Shown here one piece after another: positions 37,673 to 48,736 of a stretch of DNA of 64,000 nt (the stretch's first letter is position 1; every line of letters starts with the position of its first letter). The position numbers were made by a program, and so were the translations under genes. The notes below the pieces were generated by a model. That model was not told the origin of the DNA. It searched no databases and saw nothing but the letters and a program-made list of their open reading frames with translations. This DNA is from Kocuria sp. GTDB taxonomy: Bacteria; Actinomycetota; Actinomycetes; Actinomycetales; Micrococcaceae. Location: the NCBI RefSeq assembly GCF_030538595.1, contig NZ_JAUNTS010000003.1, positions 134,171 to 198,170 of the forward strand, written 5' to 3'.

Positions 37673-38809
37673 ATGATCCACCAACCACAACAGAACAGTC
37701 TTGCCGCGCACCTGCGCCGTAATGCCCTGCGCTTGGAGCCTCCGCGCCGCGAACCTGGCATTGACCTTGCCCGCGGTTTGGCGATCCTGGGCATGTTTGC
37801 AGCTCACCTGATGCTGGTTCCGGAACTGGTCTGGGCCACTCCGGAAACCTGGCTGGGGGTGGTGGAGGGGCGGTCGTCCATCGTCTTTGCCACATTGGCT
37901 GGTGTGTCCCTGGGGCTGTTGGGGCAGCGCAACAATGCTCGGCAATCCATCGCCATTCGTGCAGTCATCATCTGGACCTTGGGGTTGGGACTACTGGGCT
38001 TTGGGGTGCCCGTTTACATCGTCCTGCCCGCGTACGGTCTGCTTCTGTTGGCTGGGGCCGTCATGGTGACCTGGTCCACCAGGGTGCTGCTGGTTGTGGC
38101 TGCGGTGGTGGTCACAGCGGCCCCGTTCGTGGTGGCGCTGGTCAACCGCAACGGACCACCTGTCCCAGACACCCCGGGTGATGCCCTCTTCAACGCGCTC
38201 GGGTGGAACTATCCGTTCGTGCTGTGGGTGGCCTTCATTGCCGTGGGCCTGGTGGTGGGACGAATGCTGACCGGGGGAACGCGGCGGCTGCTGGTGATGA
38301 TCGCGGGAGGCGTGGCGGCCGCCGTCGTGGGATACGGGATGGTGGGGCCTGTGGGCAATGCCGTGGTGGACACCTATGGCGATTATCTGCCCCCGGGGAC
38401 GCGGCTGTGGGCGCTGAGCGTGCTGCAGAGTTATCCGCACTCCTCCGGCGTGGGTGAGGCAGTGGGTTCCGGGGGCTTTGCGGTCGCGCTCATAGGCGTG
38501 TGTGTGCTGGTGGGGCGCACGTGGATGAGATGGCCTCTCTGGCCTGTACGGGTGCTGGGGTCCATGCCGTTGACCGCCTACGTGGCGCATCTGGTGGTGT
38601 GGGGAGTGTGGATGATGAGCAATCCGGAGGTGGGATGGGTGATTGATCCACTGGATGGATTCCGCGCATTGGATCCGTTCTGGCCCATGACGCTGGGGGT
38701 TGCCGCGGGCTGTATCGCGTGGGCCCTGTTGGTGGGCCGCGGACCCATGGAAACCCTGCTCCACTCCGCCGAAAACATGGTTTCTCCCAAAAATCTGCCG
38801 AAAATTTAA
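37673..38809 (+). CDS. DUF418/DUF1624-family membrane protein (heparan N-acetyltransferase-like fold)
   Basis: Start chosen at ATG 37673 (MIHQPQQ...) so as not to overlap the divergent DUF805 gene; ...IDLARGLAILGMFAAH motif. Confidence 0.6.
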   Translation: MIHQPQQNSLAAHLRRNALRLEPPRREPGIDLARGLAILGMFAAHLMLVPELVWATPETWLGVVEGRSSIVFATLAGVSLGLLGQRNNARQSIAIRAVIIWTLGLGLLGFGVPVYIVLPAYGLLLLAGAVMVTWSTRVLLVVAAVVVTAAPFVVALVNRNGPPVPDTPGDALFNALGWNYPFVLWVAFIAVGLVVGRMLTGGTRRLLVMIAGGVAAAVVGYGMVGPVGNAVVDTYGDYLPPGTRLWALSVLQSYPHSSGVGEAVGSGGFAVALIGVCVLVGRTWMRWPLWPVRVLGSMPLTAYVAHLVVWGVWMMSNPEVGWVIDPLDGFRALDPFWPMTLGVAAGCIAWALLVGRGPMETLLHSAENMVSPKNLPKI

Positions 38810-38842
38810 GAGAAACCATGTTTTCGGCGGAGGGGAGAGGGG

Positions 38843-39526
38843 TTAGAGGGCCTGGCGGATGTGAGCCTCGAACTCCTGGACGTGGGTGCGCATGGTGGCC
38901 GCAGCCGCGTCAGCTTGTCCTTCCACAATCGCCGTGAGCAGCGCCCCGTGGGCCGCAATGTGTTCGTGCAGCACGGGCAGCCGGTCCGCCACCACACACC
39001 AGATGCGCGTGGCCAAGTTGTTGTATCGCTCCAGGGTGGCCTGTAGGTGGCTGTTGCCGGCGGCAGCATAGATGACTCGGTGGATGCGCCGGTCCCACCG
39101 CAGGGTGTGGTCCGGGTCCACCGACGACGACGCAGTGGTTGCCAACTCCCGGATCAGCCCCTCCAGCTCAGCACGCCGCTTGCCGCCACCTTTCTCAGCC
39201 GCCAGCTTTGCGGCAAGGGGCTCCAGGGCTTCACGGACCTGGGAGATTTCCGACAGTGTGGTGATGTCCACCGGCGTGGCAAAGGTGCCACGCCGCGGGT
39301 ACGTCATGACCAGATGCTCGGATTCAAGGCGTTTGAGTGCTTCCCGCAGGGGGGTTCGCCCCACACCGAGTTCGCGCGACAACTCACCCTCATTGACGGG
39401 AGCCCCCGGGGTGATGTCCAGGAAGATCAGGCGGTCTTGAAGCTGCTCGAACGCCTGGTCCGCCAGGGATGGAGCGGCAGTTGGCCGTGTAGCGGCTGTT
39501 CCCGTGGCGGTAGGTTGAACGCTCAT
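38843..39526 (-). CDS. GntR-family (FadR/FCD subfamily) transcriptional regulator
   Basis: wHTH ...ELSRELGVGRTPLREALKRLE... followed by a helical FCD domain; divergent from soxB. Confidence 0.85.
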   Translation of the reverse strand: MSVQPTATGTAATRPTAAPSLADQAFEQLQDRLIFLDITPGAPVNEGELSRELGVGRTPLREALKRLESEHLVMTYPRRGTFATPVDITTLSEISQVREALEPLAAKLAAEKGGGKRRAELEGLIRELATTASSSVDPDHTLRWDRRIHRVIYAAAGNSHLQATLERYNNLATRIWCVVADRLPVLHEHIAAHGALLTAIVEGQADAAAATMRTHVQEFEAHIRQAL

Positions 39527-39570
39527 GTCAGCTGCTCCTTTCGCATCTCTGCTCCGTCGTCTTTTCCAAG

Positions 39571-39579
39571 GTCATTGAC
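39571..39579. promoter_or_regulatory. Near-palindrome GTCATTGAC in the gntR-soxB intergenic region; candidate GntR/FCD operator
   Basis: Fits the NGT-N3-ACN pattern of FadR-subfamily operators and lies between the divergent genes. Confidence 0.3.
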
Positions 39580-39668
39580 ACCGAATCACGCCCTAGCATA
39601 GCGTGGCCGCACAACAGATATATCAGTCCCGTATCAGCACTCTTGCTGAGCCGCGAAGGGAGCCATCC

Positions 39669-40886
39669 ATGGCTGACCTGCTCCCGGAACACCCAGATTT
39701 TCTGTGGCGCAACCCCGATCCCAAGCCTTCCTACGACGTCGTGATTGTGGGCGGTGGCGGGCACGGCCTGGCCACGGCCTACTATCTGGCCAAACACCAC
39801 GGCATCACCAACATTGCGGTGTGCGAGCGCGGCTGGCTGGCCGGGGGCAACATGGCACGCAACACCACCATCATTCGTTCCAACTACCTGTGGGATGAAT
39901 CCGCGGCCATTTATGAGCAGTCCCTCAAGCTGTGGGAAATCCTCCCGGAAGAGCTGGAATACGACTTCCTGTTTTCCCAGCGCGGTGTCATGAACCTGGC
40001 CCACACCCTGGGAGATGTCCGCGAGAGCGTTCGGCGCGTGAACGCCAACAAGCTCAATGGTGTGGATGCCGAATGGTTGAACCCGCAGCAGGTCAAAGAA
40101 CTGTGCCCCATCATCAACATCGGGGACAACATTCGGTATCCCATCATGGGGGCCACGTATCAACCACGCGCCGGAATAGCCAAGCATGACCACGTGGCCT
40201 GGGCCTTCGCGCGAAAGGCCGATGAGATGGGCGTGGACATCATCCAGAACTGCGAGATCACGGGCTTCCTCAAGGATGGCGAGCGTGTCACGGGAGTGGA
40301 GACCACGCGCGGCACCATTCACGCAGGCAAAGTGGCACTGTGCGGTGCGGGACATTCTTCCGTCCTGGCAGAAATGGCGGGTTTCCAGCTCCCTATTCAG
40401 TCCCACCCGCTGCAGGCCTTGGTCTCTGAACTCCACGAACCAGTCCACCCCACCGTGGTGATGTCCAATCACGTGCACGTTTACGTGTCCCAGGCCCACA
40501 AGGGTGAACTGGTCATGGGTGCCGGGATTGATGCCTACAACGGCTACGGGCAGCGCGGCGCCTTCCACGTGATCGAACAGCAGATGGCGGCCGCCGTGGA
40601 GCTGTTCCCCATCTTTGCTCGGGCCCACGTTCTGCGGACCTGGGGCGGCATTGTGGACGTCACCCTGGATGCCTCACCAATCGTGTCCAAAACTCCGGTG
40701 GATCAGATGTACGTGAACTGCGGCTGGGGGACTGGCGGATTCAAGGGCACGCCGGGTGCCGGTTTTGCTTTTGCGCACACGATTGCCACGGATGAACCGC
40801 ACCCCCTGAACGCGCCGTTCAGCCTGGAGCGTTTTGAAACCGGGGCCCTGATTGATGAACACGGGGCGGCCGCCGTCGCCCATTGA
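39669..40886 (+). CDS. soxB: Sarcosine oxidase subunit beta
   Basis: Start at [11 protein letters not shown] (ATG 39669); FAD GxGxxG motif [10 protein letters not shown]; ~405 aa. Confidence 0.88.
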   Translation: MADLLPEHPDFLWRNPDPKPSYDVVIVGGGGHGLATAYYLAKHHGITNIAVCERGWLAGGNMARNTTIIRSNYLWDESAAIYEQSLKLWEILPEELEYDFLFSQRGVMNLAHTLGDVRESVRRVNANKLNGVDAEWLNPQQVKELCPIINIGDNIRYPIMGATYQPRAGIAKHDHVAWAFARKADEMGVDIIQNCEITGFLKDGERVTGVETTRGTIHAGKVALCGAGHSSVLAEMAGFQLPIQSHPLQALVSELHEPVHPTVVMSNHVHVYVSQAHKGELVMGAGIDAYNGYGQRGAFHVIEQQMAAAVELFPIFARAHVLRTWGGIVDVTLDASPIVSKTPVDQMYVNCGWGTGGFKGTPGAGFAFAHTIATDEPHPLNAPFSLERFETGALIDEHGAAAVAH

Positions 40887-40963
40887 CCTAGCTCCTCACA
40901 CACCCGCACGACGACGACGTTGCCGACCCCAAGAACAAAGACCACCGTGTTGGAGACGAGACC

Positions 40964-41290
40964 ATGTTGCTGATCGACTGCCCCTATTGCGGGCCACGTG
41001 ATGAAACCGAATACCACTACGGCGGTGAAGCACACGTGCCGTACCCGGAGGATCCGGCTGCGCTGACGGACAAGCAGTGGGGTGAATACCTGTTCTACCG
41101 CAAGAACACCAAGGGCCTGCTGGCTGAACGATGGGTGCACACCGCCGGCTGTCGACGGTGGTTCAACGTGCTCCGGGACACCACCACGTACAAGGTGGAA
41201 GCCGTGTACCGGCTCACCGATCCCCGCCCGGGACCAGATGCTCATGAGGTGCAGCATCGCGGTGAGTCCAGCACGGGAGGTGCATTGTGA
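40964..41290 (+). CDS. soxD: Sarcosine oxidase subunit delta
   Basis: [22 protein letters not shown] is the canonical SoxD N-terminus; 108 aa. Confidence 0.9.
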   Translation: MLLIDCPYCGPRDETEYHYGGEAHVPYPEDPAALTDKQWGEYLFYRKNTKGLLAERWVHTAGCRRWFNVLRDTTTYKVEAVYRLTDPRPGPDAHEVQHRGESSTGGAL

Positions 41291-44232
41291 CTCAGACACA
41301 TCGCCTGGCCACAGAGCATGCAGCGGGGCACGGGATCAATCGCCAGGGGATACTCACCTTCACGGTGGACGGCCGTGAATTTCAGGGTCACCCCGGGGAC
41401 ACCGTAGCTTCCGCTCTGCTGGCCAACGGCGTGATCACCTGTGCTGACTCCATGTACCGGGCTCGCCCGCGCGGGGTACTGGCCGCAGGTGTGGAAGAAC
41501 CGAACGCGCTGCTGAAGGTGACCGCCCGCCATGCTGTAGACGTTGATGAATCCATGCTGCCCTCCACCACAGTGGAGCTGATTGAAGGATTGAACGCCAC
41601 CCATCTGAGGGGTCTGGGTCATCTGGACCCAGCCACGGATGAGGCGTACTACGACCACAAGTACGTGCACACGGATGTCCTGGTGATCGGCGCAGGCCCT
41701 GCGGGTTTGGCAGCTGCCGCCCAGGCCGCAGCAACCGGTGCCCGCGTTCTGCTCATGGACGACCAACCCGCACCGGGTGGGTCCCTCCTGAGCTCCCGCG
41801 ATGAGCAGATCAACGGCGTCCCCGCCCTGGATTGGGTGCAGCACACCATCGCGGATTTTGAGCAGCAGCCGGAGGCCACCTACCTGGCACGCACCACGGC
41901 TATCGGCAGCTATGACTCCAACTACGTGGTGGCCGTGGAACGCCGCACGGATCACCTCCCGGAAGCCCCGGCCCCCGGAGTCTCCCGCGAACGGATCTGG
42001 CATGTCCGTGCGGCCCAGGTGGTCCTGGCCACCGGGGCCCATGAACGTCCGCTGGTGTTTTCCAATAACGACCGCCCGGGCATCATGCTGGCTGCCGCCG
42101 TCCGCACGTACCTCAATCGCTACGCAGTGGCCGCCGGTCACGCGGTGGTTGTGGCCACCACCAATGATTCCGCCTACACAACAGCGGCCGATCTGGCGGC
42201 TGCGGGGGTGACGGTGGCCGCCGTCGTCGATTCTCGCCCCGCACCGGGGCCGGAGGCTGCGCAGTTGGCCGACCGCGCGGGACTGCGGGTGCTGACCAGC
42301 AGCGCTGTGGTGGACACCGTCGGCGACGGTGAGCAGGGTCGGCTCAGCTCCGTCACGGTCTGTGGGATCGACGACGACGCCGCACCCACCGGCCCCGTTG
42401 AAACCCTCTCTGCGGATGTATTGGCCGCCTCCGGCGGTTGGAGCCCGGTGGTGCACCTGCACAGTCAGCGCCAGGGGAAGCTGACCTGGGACAACAAGCT
42501 GGCGGGCTATGTGCCCACCCACGCGGTCGATGACCAGTTCGTGGTGGGATCGTGCAACGGCACCATGGACTTGGCGGGGTGTCTCTCAGAAGGTGCCCGG
42601 GCAGGTCAACAAGCCGCTGCCGCAGCAGGGGAGGGCGAGCCACTTGAACACCCGGGACACGTGGAAGTCACGGGTACGTTCACCTCCATCACCCCCACTC
42701 GACCACTGTGGCTGATGACCAACCCAGGTGGCGACCACCAGGACTTCTCCCAGCACTTTGTGGACTTTCAGCGCGATCAAACCGTGGCTGACGTGCTGCG
42801 TTCGGTTGGTGCGGGCATGCGTTCGGTGGAACACATCAAGCGCTACACCTCCATCTCCACCGCCAATGACCAGGGCAAGACCTCCGGCGTCAATGCCATC
42901 GGAGTGATCGCCGCAGCGCTCAACAATCCGGACGTGGGCGGTTTTGGAACCACCACCTACCGGGCCCCCTACACACCGGTGAGTTTTGCGGCACTGGCGG
43001 GGCGGCGTCGTGGACATCTCTACGATCCAGCCCGCACCACCTCCATCCATTCCTGGCATGTGGACCACGGTGCCGAGTTCGAGGACGTGGGGCAGTGGAA
43101 GCGCCCCTGGTACTACCCGCAGGCGGGGGAGGACATGGAGGCCGCCGTGTTGCGGGAGTGTGCGGCCGTGCGCGAGTCCGTGGGGTTCATGGACGTCACC
43201 ACGCTGGGCAAGATCGAGATTCGTGGGGTGGACGCCGGGGAGTTCCTGAACCGGATCTACACCAACGCTTTCAAGAAATTGAAGCCAGGCATGGCCCGCT
43301 ACGGCGTGATGTGCTCGGCGGACGGCATGGTGTTCGACGACGGCGTCTCCCTGCGCCTTGACGAGGACCGCTACCTGATGACCACCACCACCGGTGGCGC
43401 CGCCAAGGTTTTGGAGTGGTTGGAGGAGTGGTCCCAGACCGAATGGCCGGAGCTGGACGTGACCATGACCTCCGTGACGGAGCAGTGGGCCGCCGTGGCG
43501 GTGGTGGGGCCCAAATCCCGGGACGTGGTGGCCCAACTGGTCCCGGATTTGGATGTCTCCCAGGAGGCCTTCCCGTTCATGGCGTTCAAGGAAACCGTGC
43601 TGGCCAACGGTATCCCGGCACGGGTGTGCCGCATCTCGTTCTCCGGTGAACTGGCCTACGAAATCAACGTGGCCACCTGGTATGGGATGGCCGTCTGGGA
43701 GGCCGTGGCGCAAGCCGGTGCCCCGTATGGGATCACCCCGTACGGCACGGAGACCATGCACGTGCTGCGCGCGGAAAAGGCCTTCCCCATTGTTGGTCAG
43801 GACACTGATGGCACCGTGACCCCGCAGGATTTGGGCATGGATTGGGTGGTGTCCAAGACCAAGGACTTCATTGGTCGCCGCTCCTACGATCGGCCGCTGG
43901 CACTGGCCGCGGACCGCAAACAATTGGTGGCCGTGCTGCCCGTCGACCCCACAGTGCGGTTGGAAGAAGGCGCCCAGCTGGTCAATCACGGCAGTGTCGT
44001 CACATCGCAGAAGGGCATCACCGCGCAGGATGGCCCCGTGCCCATGCAGGGTCACGTGACCTCCAGCTACCGCAGTGCAGCCCTGAAGCGCACGTTTGGG
44101 CTGGCCCTGGTCAAGGCTGGGCGCTCGCGGATCGGAGAAACCTTGCAGGTGCCACACGATGGTGAGTTGATCGACGTCGTCCTGGCCGAACCCGTGCTCT
44201 ACGACCCCGAAGGGAAGCGCCGTGATGGTTGA
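41287..44232 (+). CDS. soxA: Sarcosine oxidase subunit alpha
   Basis: 981 aa; N-terminal 2Fe-like/NAD-binding region, central FAD domain and a C-terminal aminomethyltransferase (GcvT-like) folate domain. Confidence 0.9.
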   Translation: MTQTHRLATEHAAGHGINRQGILTFTVDGREFQGHPGDTVASALLANGVITCADSMYRARPRGVLAAGVEEPNALLKVTARHAVDVDESMLPSTTVELIEGLNATHLRGLGHLDPATDEAYYDHKYVHTDVLVIGAGPAGLAAAAQAAATGARVLLMDDQPAPGGSLLSSRDEQINGVPALDWVQHTIADFEQQPEATYLARTTAIGSYDSNYVVAVERRTDHLPEAPAPGVSRERIWHVRAAQVVLATGAHERPLVFSNNDRPGIMLAAAVRTYLNRYAVAAGHAVVVATTNDSAYTTAADLAAAGVTVAAVVDSRPAPGPEAAQLADRAGLRVLTSSAVVDTVGDGEQGRLSSVTVCGIDDDAAPTGPVETLSADVLAASGGWSPVVHLHSQRQGKLTWDNKLAGYVPTHAVDDQFVVGSCNGTMDLAGCLSEGARAGQQAAAAAGEGEPLEHPGHVEVTGTFTSITPTRPLWLMTNPGGDHQDFSQHFVDFQRDQTVADVLRSVGAGMRSVEHIKRYTSISTANDQGKTSGVNAIGVIAAALNNPDVGGFGTTTYRAPYTPVSFAALAGRRRGHLYDPARTTSIHSWHVDHGAEFEDVGQWKRPWYYPQAGEDMEAAVLRECAAVRESVGFMDVTTLGKIEIRGVDAGEFLNRIYTNAFKKLKPGMARYGVMCSADGMVFDDGVSLRLDEDRYLMTTTTGGAAKVLEWLEEWSQTEWPELDVTMTSVTEQWAAVAVVGPKSRDVVAQLVPDLDVSQEAFPFMAFKETVLANGIPARVCRISFSGELAYEINVATWYGMAVWEAVAQAGAPYGITPYGTETMHVLRAEKAFPIVGQDTDGTVTPQDLGMDWVVSKTKDFIGRRSYDRPLALAADRKQLVAVLPVDPTVRLEEGAQLVNHGSVVTSQKGITAQDGPVPMQGHVTSSYRSAALKRTFGLALVKAGRSRIGETLQVPHDGELIDVVLAEPVLYDPEGKRRDG

Positions 44233-45010
44233 GCGCAGTCGAACCGATCTTGCGGGGCTGCGGCGCAGCCCGTTGTCCCACCTGGCCCAGACCATGCAGC
44301 AGGCTGGCTCCTCTGAGACCGTGGTGCTGCGGGAGATTCCGTTTCTGAACATGGTGGGGATACGCATTGATCCGGGCTCCCCGGTGGCCCATGAACTGGC
44401 GGAAATCACGGGACTGGACTGGCCATCAGCCCACGGTCAGGTGACCGGTGAGCCGGGAGACTGTGCTGTGCTGTGGCAGGGGCCCGATGAGTTCCTTCTG
44501 GTGACCCAAGATGCCGTGGAACTACCGCCAGGGTTGACCAGCGATCCCGCCCAACGTCACCTGCGTGAGAACGCCACCCAGGATGGGGTTGACGCCATGC
44601 AGGACACCGAGGCCTCGCACGGTGCTCTGCCCACGTTGTCCACCCACCCGCTCACCGTGCGGCTGACGGCAGCCATGGCGGACTCCCCGGACCGGGGACA
44701 GGTGGTGGACCTCTCTGCCAACCGGACCACGTTGGAGATCGCAGGGCCCCATGCCCGCGAGGTGCTGGAAAAAGGCTGCCCCATGGATCTGCACCCCAGG
44801 GCCTTCCCCGTGAACTCGGCAGTGTCCACCACGTTGGGGCCCGTGCAGGTGGTGCTATGGCGCACCCACCCGGACACCTGGCGGTTGATGCCGCGTTCGT
44901 CCTTTGCGCAGTTCGTGGCCCAGTGGTTGCTGGATGCCATGACCGAGTTCAGCCCAGTGCACCAGCCGGAGGCAGCAAACCTGACAACAGCGGGAGCGCA
45001 ACAGCACTGA
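44222..45010 (+). CDS. soxG: Sarcosine oxidase subunit gamma
   Basis: Position after soxA, and the SoxG-like conserved N-terminus (SPLSHL...). Confidence 0.8.
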   Translation: MMVERSRTDLAGLRRSPLSHLAQTMQQAGSSETVVLREIPFLNMVGIRIDPGSPVAHELAEITGLDWPSAHGQVTGEPGDCAVLWQGPDEFLLVTQDAVELPPGLTSDPAQRHLRENATQDGVDAMQDTEASHGALPTLSTHPLTVRLTAAMADSPDRGQVVDLSANRTTLEIAGPHAREVLEKGCPMDLHPRAFPVNSAVSTTLGPVQVVLWRTHPDTWRLMPRSSFAQFVAQWLLDAMTEFSPVHQPEAANLTTAGAQQH

Positions 45011-45040
45011 ACCGCGCTACACCACACCAAGGAGACAGCC

Positions 45041-45970
45041 ATGGAGAACGGGTCGCCCATCCCTGCCAACACCGCCGCACCCGCCCAGGACTCCGGGCTC
45101 TCGCAAGACGGCTCGCCTGCGGAATTGGTGCTCACGTTGGATTGTCCGGAGGCTTCGGGCATTGTCCATGCCGTGAGCGGGGTCCTGCTGGAACACGGCT
45201 ACACCATCGTGGAACTCACCCAGTTTGATGATCGCAGACAGGGACACTTCTTCATGCGGGTCCACGTGGCGCCGTCGTCGTCGAGCGGGGCTGATGCTCA
45301 GCACCTGCGGGCGAGCCTGGGGGAGTTGGGGCAGCGGTTTGGGATGCGGTGGGACCTGGTGGAACACGGGACCAAACGGCGGGTGCTGGTGATGGTCTCC
45401 AAGTTTGGGCACTGCCTCAATGACCTCCTGTTCCGGGCGCGGACCGGAGAACTGCCGGTGGACATTGTGGCCGTGGTCTCCAATCACCGCGATCACCAGA
45501 GGCTGGTGGAATGGCACGGCATCCCGTTCTTCCACGTGCCCGTCACCGCGGACACCAAACCGGAAGCCGAATCCAAGCTGCTGGAACTGGTGGACCGCTT
45601 TGAGGTGGATTTGGTGGTGCTGGCCCGTTACATGCAGGTGCTCAGCGATGCCCTGGCCACCCGGATGGAGGGGCGGGTGATCAACATCCACCATTCATTT
45701 CTGCCCAGCTTCAAAGGTGCCAAGCCCTACCATCAGGCCTACGAGCGCGGGGTCAAAACGGTGGGTGCCACAGCGCACTACGTCAATGCGGAGCTGGACG
45801 AGGGCCCCATCATTGCCCAACAGGTGGTGGACGTGAACCACGCCTACGGGCCGGAGGACCTGGTGGCCGCCGGGCGGGACACCGAATGCAAAGCCCTCTC
45901 CGACGCCGTCAAATGGCACTGTGAAGGCCGAGTGATCCTGCGTGGAAACCGCACGGTGGTCCTGCGCTAA
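45041..45970 (+). CDS. purU: Formyltetrahydrofolate deformylase
   Basis: N-terminal ACT domain plus a formyl-transferase domain with the HHSFLPSFKGA motif; 309 aa. Confidence 0.92.
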   Translation: MENGSPIPANTAAPAQDSGLSQDGSPAELVLTLDCPEASGIVHAVSGVLLEHGYTIVELTQFDDRRQGHFFMRVHVAPSSSSGADAQHLRASLGELGQRFGMRWDLVEHGTKRRVLVMVSKFGHCLNDLLFRARTGELPVDIVAVVSNHRDHQRLVEWHGIPFFHVPVTADTKPEAESKLLELVDRFEVDLVVLARYMQVLSDALATRMEGRVINIHHSFLPSFKGAKPYHQAYERGVKTVGATAHYVNAELDEGPIIAQQVVDVNHAYGPEDLVAAGRDTECKALSDAVKWHCEGRVILRGNRTVVLR

Positions 45971-45979
45971 CCCCCTCCC

Positions 45980-46049
45980 CTCCGCCGAGATCATGGTTTG
46001 CAGCAGTTTTAAGCGAAAAAATTGGGTCAATCCATGATCTCGACGGAGG
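45980..46049. repeat. Inverted-repeat element A: arms CTCCGCCGAGATCATGG / CCATGATCTCGACGGAG with a 36-nt loop
   Basis: Sequence seen directly. The right arm overlaps the last codons (EIMD*) of the GNAT gene. Lies between convergent purU and GNAT. Confidence 0.65.
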
Positions 46050-46569
46050 CGAAAACCAAAGTGTCCGTCCACTCACCCTTGGCCCACCAGTTCTTGCGTA
46101 GATGCCCCTCCTGAACCATGCCAATGCGTTGAGCCAGCCGCGCAGAAGCGCTGTTGCGCCCATCCATTTGAGCTTCCACTCGATGGACACCTGGTGTGGC
46201 AAGCCCGTGGTGCAGGATGCAGGCGGCGGCTTCACTGGCAAAACCCCGCCCGCTGAATGCGGGGTCCACGGTCCAACCGATCTCCAAACATCCATCCGGT
46301 TCTCCGGCGCGCCACAAAGCCACCATGGCCACCGGTTGGCCCCGGAACGTGGCAATCAGGTTCAGCGCCCGTTCACCGGAGTTCAGATCTGTCCGGGCCT
46401 TCCGCTTGGCAACTTCAGCCCTGGCGTAATCCTCGGTCCAGGGCTCTTCCAACAGATATCGCGCAACGTCCGGTTGGGAGTAGATGGGCAGGAGGCGTTC
46501 GACGTCGTCATCCTGGTAAGGCCGCAGTACCAAACGGTCCGTGGTCAGCGGAAGATGGGGGTCGGTCAC
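46027..46569 (-). CDS. GNAT-family N-acetyltransferase (RimJ/RimL-like)
   Basis: 180 aa with the acetyl-CoA binding-like motif; similarity to ribosomal-protein-alanine acetyltransferases. Confidence 0.8.
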   Translation of the reverse strand: MTDPHLPLTTDRLVLRPYQDDDVERLLPIYSQPDVARYLLEEPWTEDYARAEVAKRKARTDLNSGERALNLIATFRGQPVAMVALWRAGEPDGCLEIGWTVDPAFSGRGFASEAAACILHHGLATPGVHRVEAQMDGRNSASARLAQRIGMVQEGHLRKNWWAKGEWTDTLVFASVEIMD

Positions 46570-46651
46570 GGACTGCCTCCTGCGGTGTGTGGCCGGATCT
46601 ACGGTCGCCGAAGTCCCAGGCTAACCTGCGGGGTGTGAACAGAATCGAAAG

Positions 46652-46976
46652 AATGGCCTTTGCTGACGTCTACCCGCATTACGTGACCAAGGTGGAAAAG
46701 AAGGGGCGCACCACCGCTGAACTGCATCAGGTGATCCAGTGGCTCACCGGCTACGACGACGACGCCGTGGAACGCCACCTGACCGAAAAAACCACCTTCC
46801 CGGCATTCTTTGACCAGGCCGAGCTGAACCCCAACGTGGCGTTGATCAAAGGGGTGATCTGCGGGGTCCGGGTGGAGGACATTGAAGACCCCTTGATGCA
46901 GAAGGTGCGCTACTTGGACAAGCTGGTGGATGAGCTGGCGCGCGGCAAGGCCCTGGAGAAGATCCTGCGCACCTGA
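46652..46976 (+). CDS. DUF2200 domain protein
   Basis: Start at ATG 46652 ([20 protein letters not shown]...), a sequence typical of DUF2200; 108 aa. Confidence 0.65.
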
Positions 46977-46987
46977 CGCCTGCTCGC

Positions 46988-47057
46988 GCCGAGATCATGG
47001 GGCACGCGTGGATTTTGGCCTCAAATCTTACGTACCCCATGATCTCGACGCACGCGA
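46988..47057. repeat. Inverted-repeat element B: arms CGCGCCGAGATCATGGGG / CCCCATGATCTCGACGCA with a 30-nt loop
   Basis: Shares the GCCGAGATCATGG / CCATGATCTCGAC arm core with element A ~1 kb away. Lies between convergent DUF2200 and LLM genes. Confidence 0.65.
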
Positions 47058-47060
47058 ACC

Positions 47061-48038
47061 TCAGCCCATGGCGCGCACCACCTCCACCAGCCGCTGATCG
47101 GACCGGTAGAGGGCCTGGGTGTCAAAAGTGGAGGCCGTGTTCATGATTTCCTGCGCTCCCGTGCGCGCCAGGAGGTCCTGCAGCTGATCTGCTACGTGGT
47201 CCGGGGTACCTGTGATTCCGGTGTTGAGCGCCTGATCCATGTACTCCTGCTGTTTGGACGTGCGGTGGGTGGGGATCGTCGTCGTTGGAACCAGAGGCGG
47301 GAAAGTACCTGTGGTGCGGGAGACAGCCATGGCCCAGGCCTCCGGGAGTGGGAGGTCCCGTGCTTGTTGGGCAGAATCGGCAACAAAAATCTCCACGGAC
47401 ACCACTAGATACGGCTCACGGAGCTGCGCGCTGGGCTGGAAGGTGCGTCGATATTCGGTGAAGGTATCAGAGGAGCCCTGAAGGAGGGGGCCACCTACCA
47501 CCGCAGGCAAGCCCAGCTCGGCGGCAAACTTCAGCCCCGAACCCGTACCCAGCACAAAAAGGGGAATGGGCGCTGTCACGCTGGGGCGGATGGTCACGGG
47601 CGCAGTACCAGCCAGGTAGGCGCGTACGGCACTGATGTCTTCAAGGAACCCTTGTGGGCGGGCCTCGGCGGCGGCCAGGGCCTCGCGGACCGCCTTGGTG
47701 AATCCCAGTGAACGGCCAAGACCAAGGTCGAAGCGGTGCCCGTGCAGGGCTGCCAACATGGCGAATTCCTCGGCCACCACCATGGGCCGGTGATTCGGCA
47801 GCATGACCCCACCGGAGCCCACGCGGATGTGATCCGTTGCTGCAGCGACTGCTTGTGCCATCAGCGCCGGACGACCTGAAGCCACACCGGGAACACCGTG
47901 ATGCTCCGAAACCCAGAAACGGTGGTAGCCAGCCTGCTCGGCATGCTGTGCGCGTGCCACCGTCTGATGCAGTGCAGCGGCATCCGATTGACCCGTATGG
48001 GTACGGGACCGGTCCAGTAGCGAAACAGGAATCTCCAT
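47061..48038 (-). CDS. LLM-class flavin-dependent oxidoreductase (luciferase-like monooxygenase)
   Basis: Start at ATG 48038 (MEIPVSLL). The upstream 147 codons of the ORF overlap the divergent gene. ...HRFWVSEHHG... motif. Confidence 0.75.
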   Translation of the reverse strand: MEIPVSLLDRSRTHTGQSDAAALHQTVARAQHAEQAGYHRFWVSEHHGVPGVASGRPALMAQAVAAATDHIRVGSGGVMLPNHRPMVVAEEFAMLAALHGHRFDLGLGRSLGFTKAVREALAAAEARPQGFLEDISAVRAYLAGTAPVTIRPSVTAPIPLFVLGTGSGLKFAAELGLPAVVGGPLLQGSSDTFTEYRRTFQPSAQLREPYLVVSVEIFVADSAQQARDLPLPEAWAMAVSRTTGTFPPLVPTTTIPTHRTSKQQEYMDQALNTGITGTPDHVADQLQDLLARTGAQEIMNTASTFDTQALYRSDQRLVEVVRAMG

Positions 48039-48119
48039 CAATGAGTGCAGCGCACGGTGCTGCCGGAACATTCCGCCCGGTATCCTCAGTCCCCGGTCCA
48101 CCATGGCAACGGGCCCACC

Positions 48120-48686
48120 ATGGTAGTGGCCCCACATGGCAAGAGGCCCAGACTCGGGCACGATCAGGAAGTGAACATCTCCGTGAGTGAATCTCCAAGC
48201 ATCACGCTGCTGAGCACCGGCGGCACCATTGACAAGATCTATTCCTTGGCCGGCGAGTTGGAAATTGGTGACCCCGCCGTTGAGGACATCCTGCAGATTG
48301 TGCGCCCCACGGTATCGGTCACGGTGGAGTCGGTGCTGCGCAAGGACAGTCTGGACATCGTGGATGAGGACCGCCAGATTTTGCTGGATCGGCTGGAGGC
48401 GTTGGACGCCAAGCGTGTGGTGATCACCCACGGCACGGACACCATGACGGACACGGCAAACTACGTTCAGACCCACGGCAAAAACGTGGTGGACAAGGTG
48501 ATTGTGTTCACCGGGGCCATGCAGCCGGCTTCTCTGAAGCTCACGGACTCACATTTCAACGTGGGCGCTGCATTTGCCGCCGTGCAATTGCTGGAACCCG
48601 GGATCTACATTGCAATGAGCGGGCGGGTCTTTCCGGCAGGTAGCGTGGTCAAGGACCGTTCGCGTGGGCAGTTCGTGGATGCCTGA
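48120..48686 (+). CDS. Asparaginase-domain protein (short L-asparaginase-like)
   Basis: LLSTGGTIDK threonine-nucleophile motif and HGTDTM motif. Start is uncertain (ATG 48120 or GTG 48171). Confidence 0.65.
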   Translation: MVVAPHGKRPRLGHDQEVNISVSESPSITLLSTGGTIDKIYSLAGELEIGDPAVEDILQIVRPTVSVTVESVLRKDSLDIVDEDRQILLDRLEALDAKRVVITHGTDTMTDTANYVQTHGKNVVDKVIVFTGAMQPASLKLTDSHFNVGAAFAAVQLLEPGIYIAMSGRVFPAGSVVKDRSRGQFVDA

Positions 48687-48736
48687 CTGAATCCACGGGA
48701 GCGGGACTCACCACACACGTATACAGGAAGGACCCC

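Noticed and set aside
39528-40628. 366-aa minus-strand ORF
   Set aside because: It is antisense to soxB and has no recognisable features.
41242-44409. Two long minus-strand ORFs (426 and 607 aa) inside soxA
   Set aside because: They are antisense to a well-supported sarcosine oxidase alpha gene. Their Gly/Arg/His-rich low-complexity products are typical of high-GC antisense frames.
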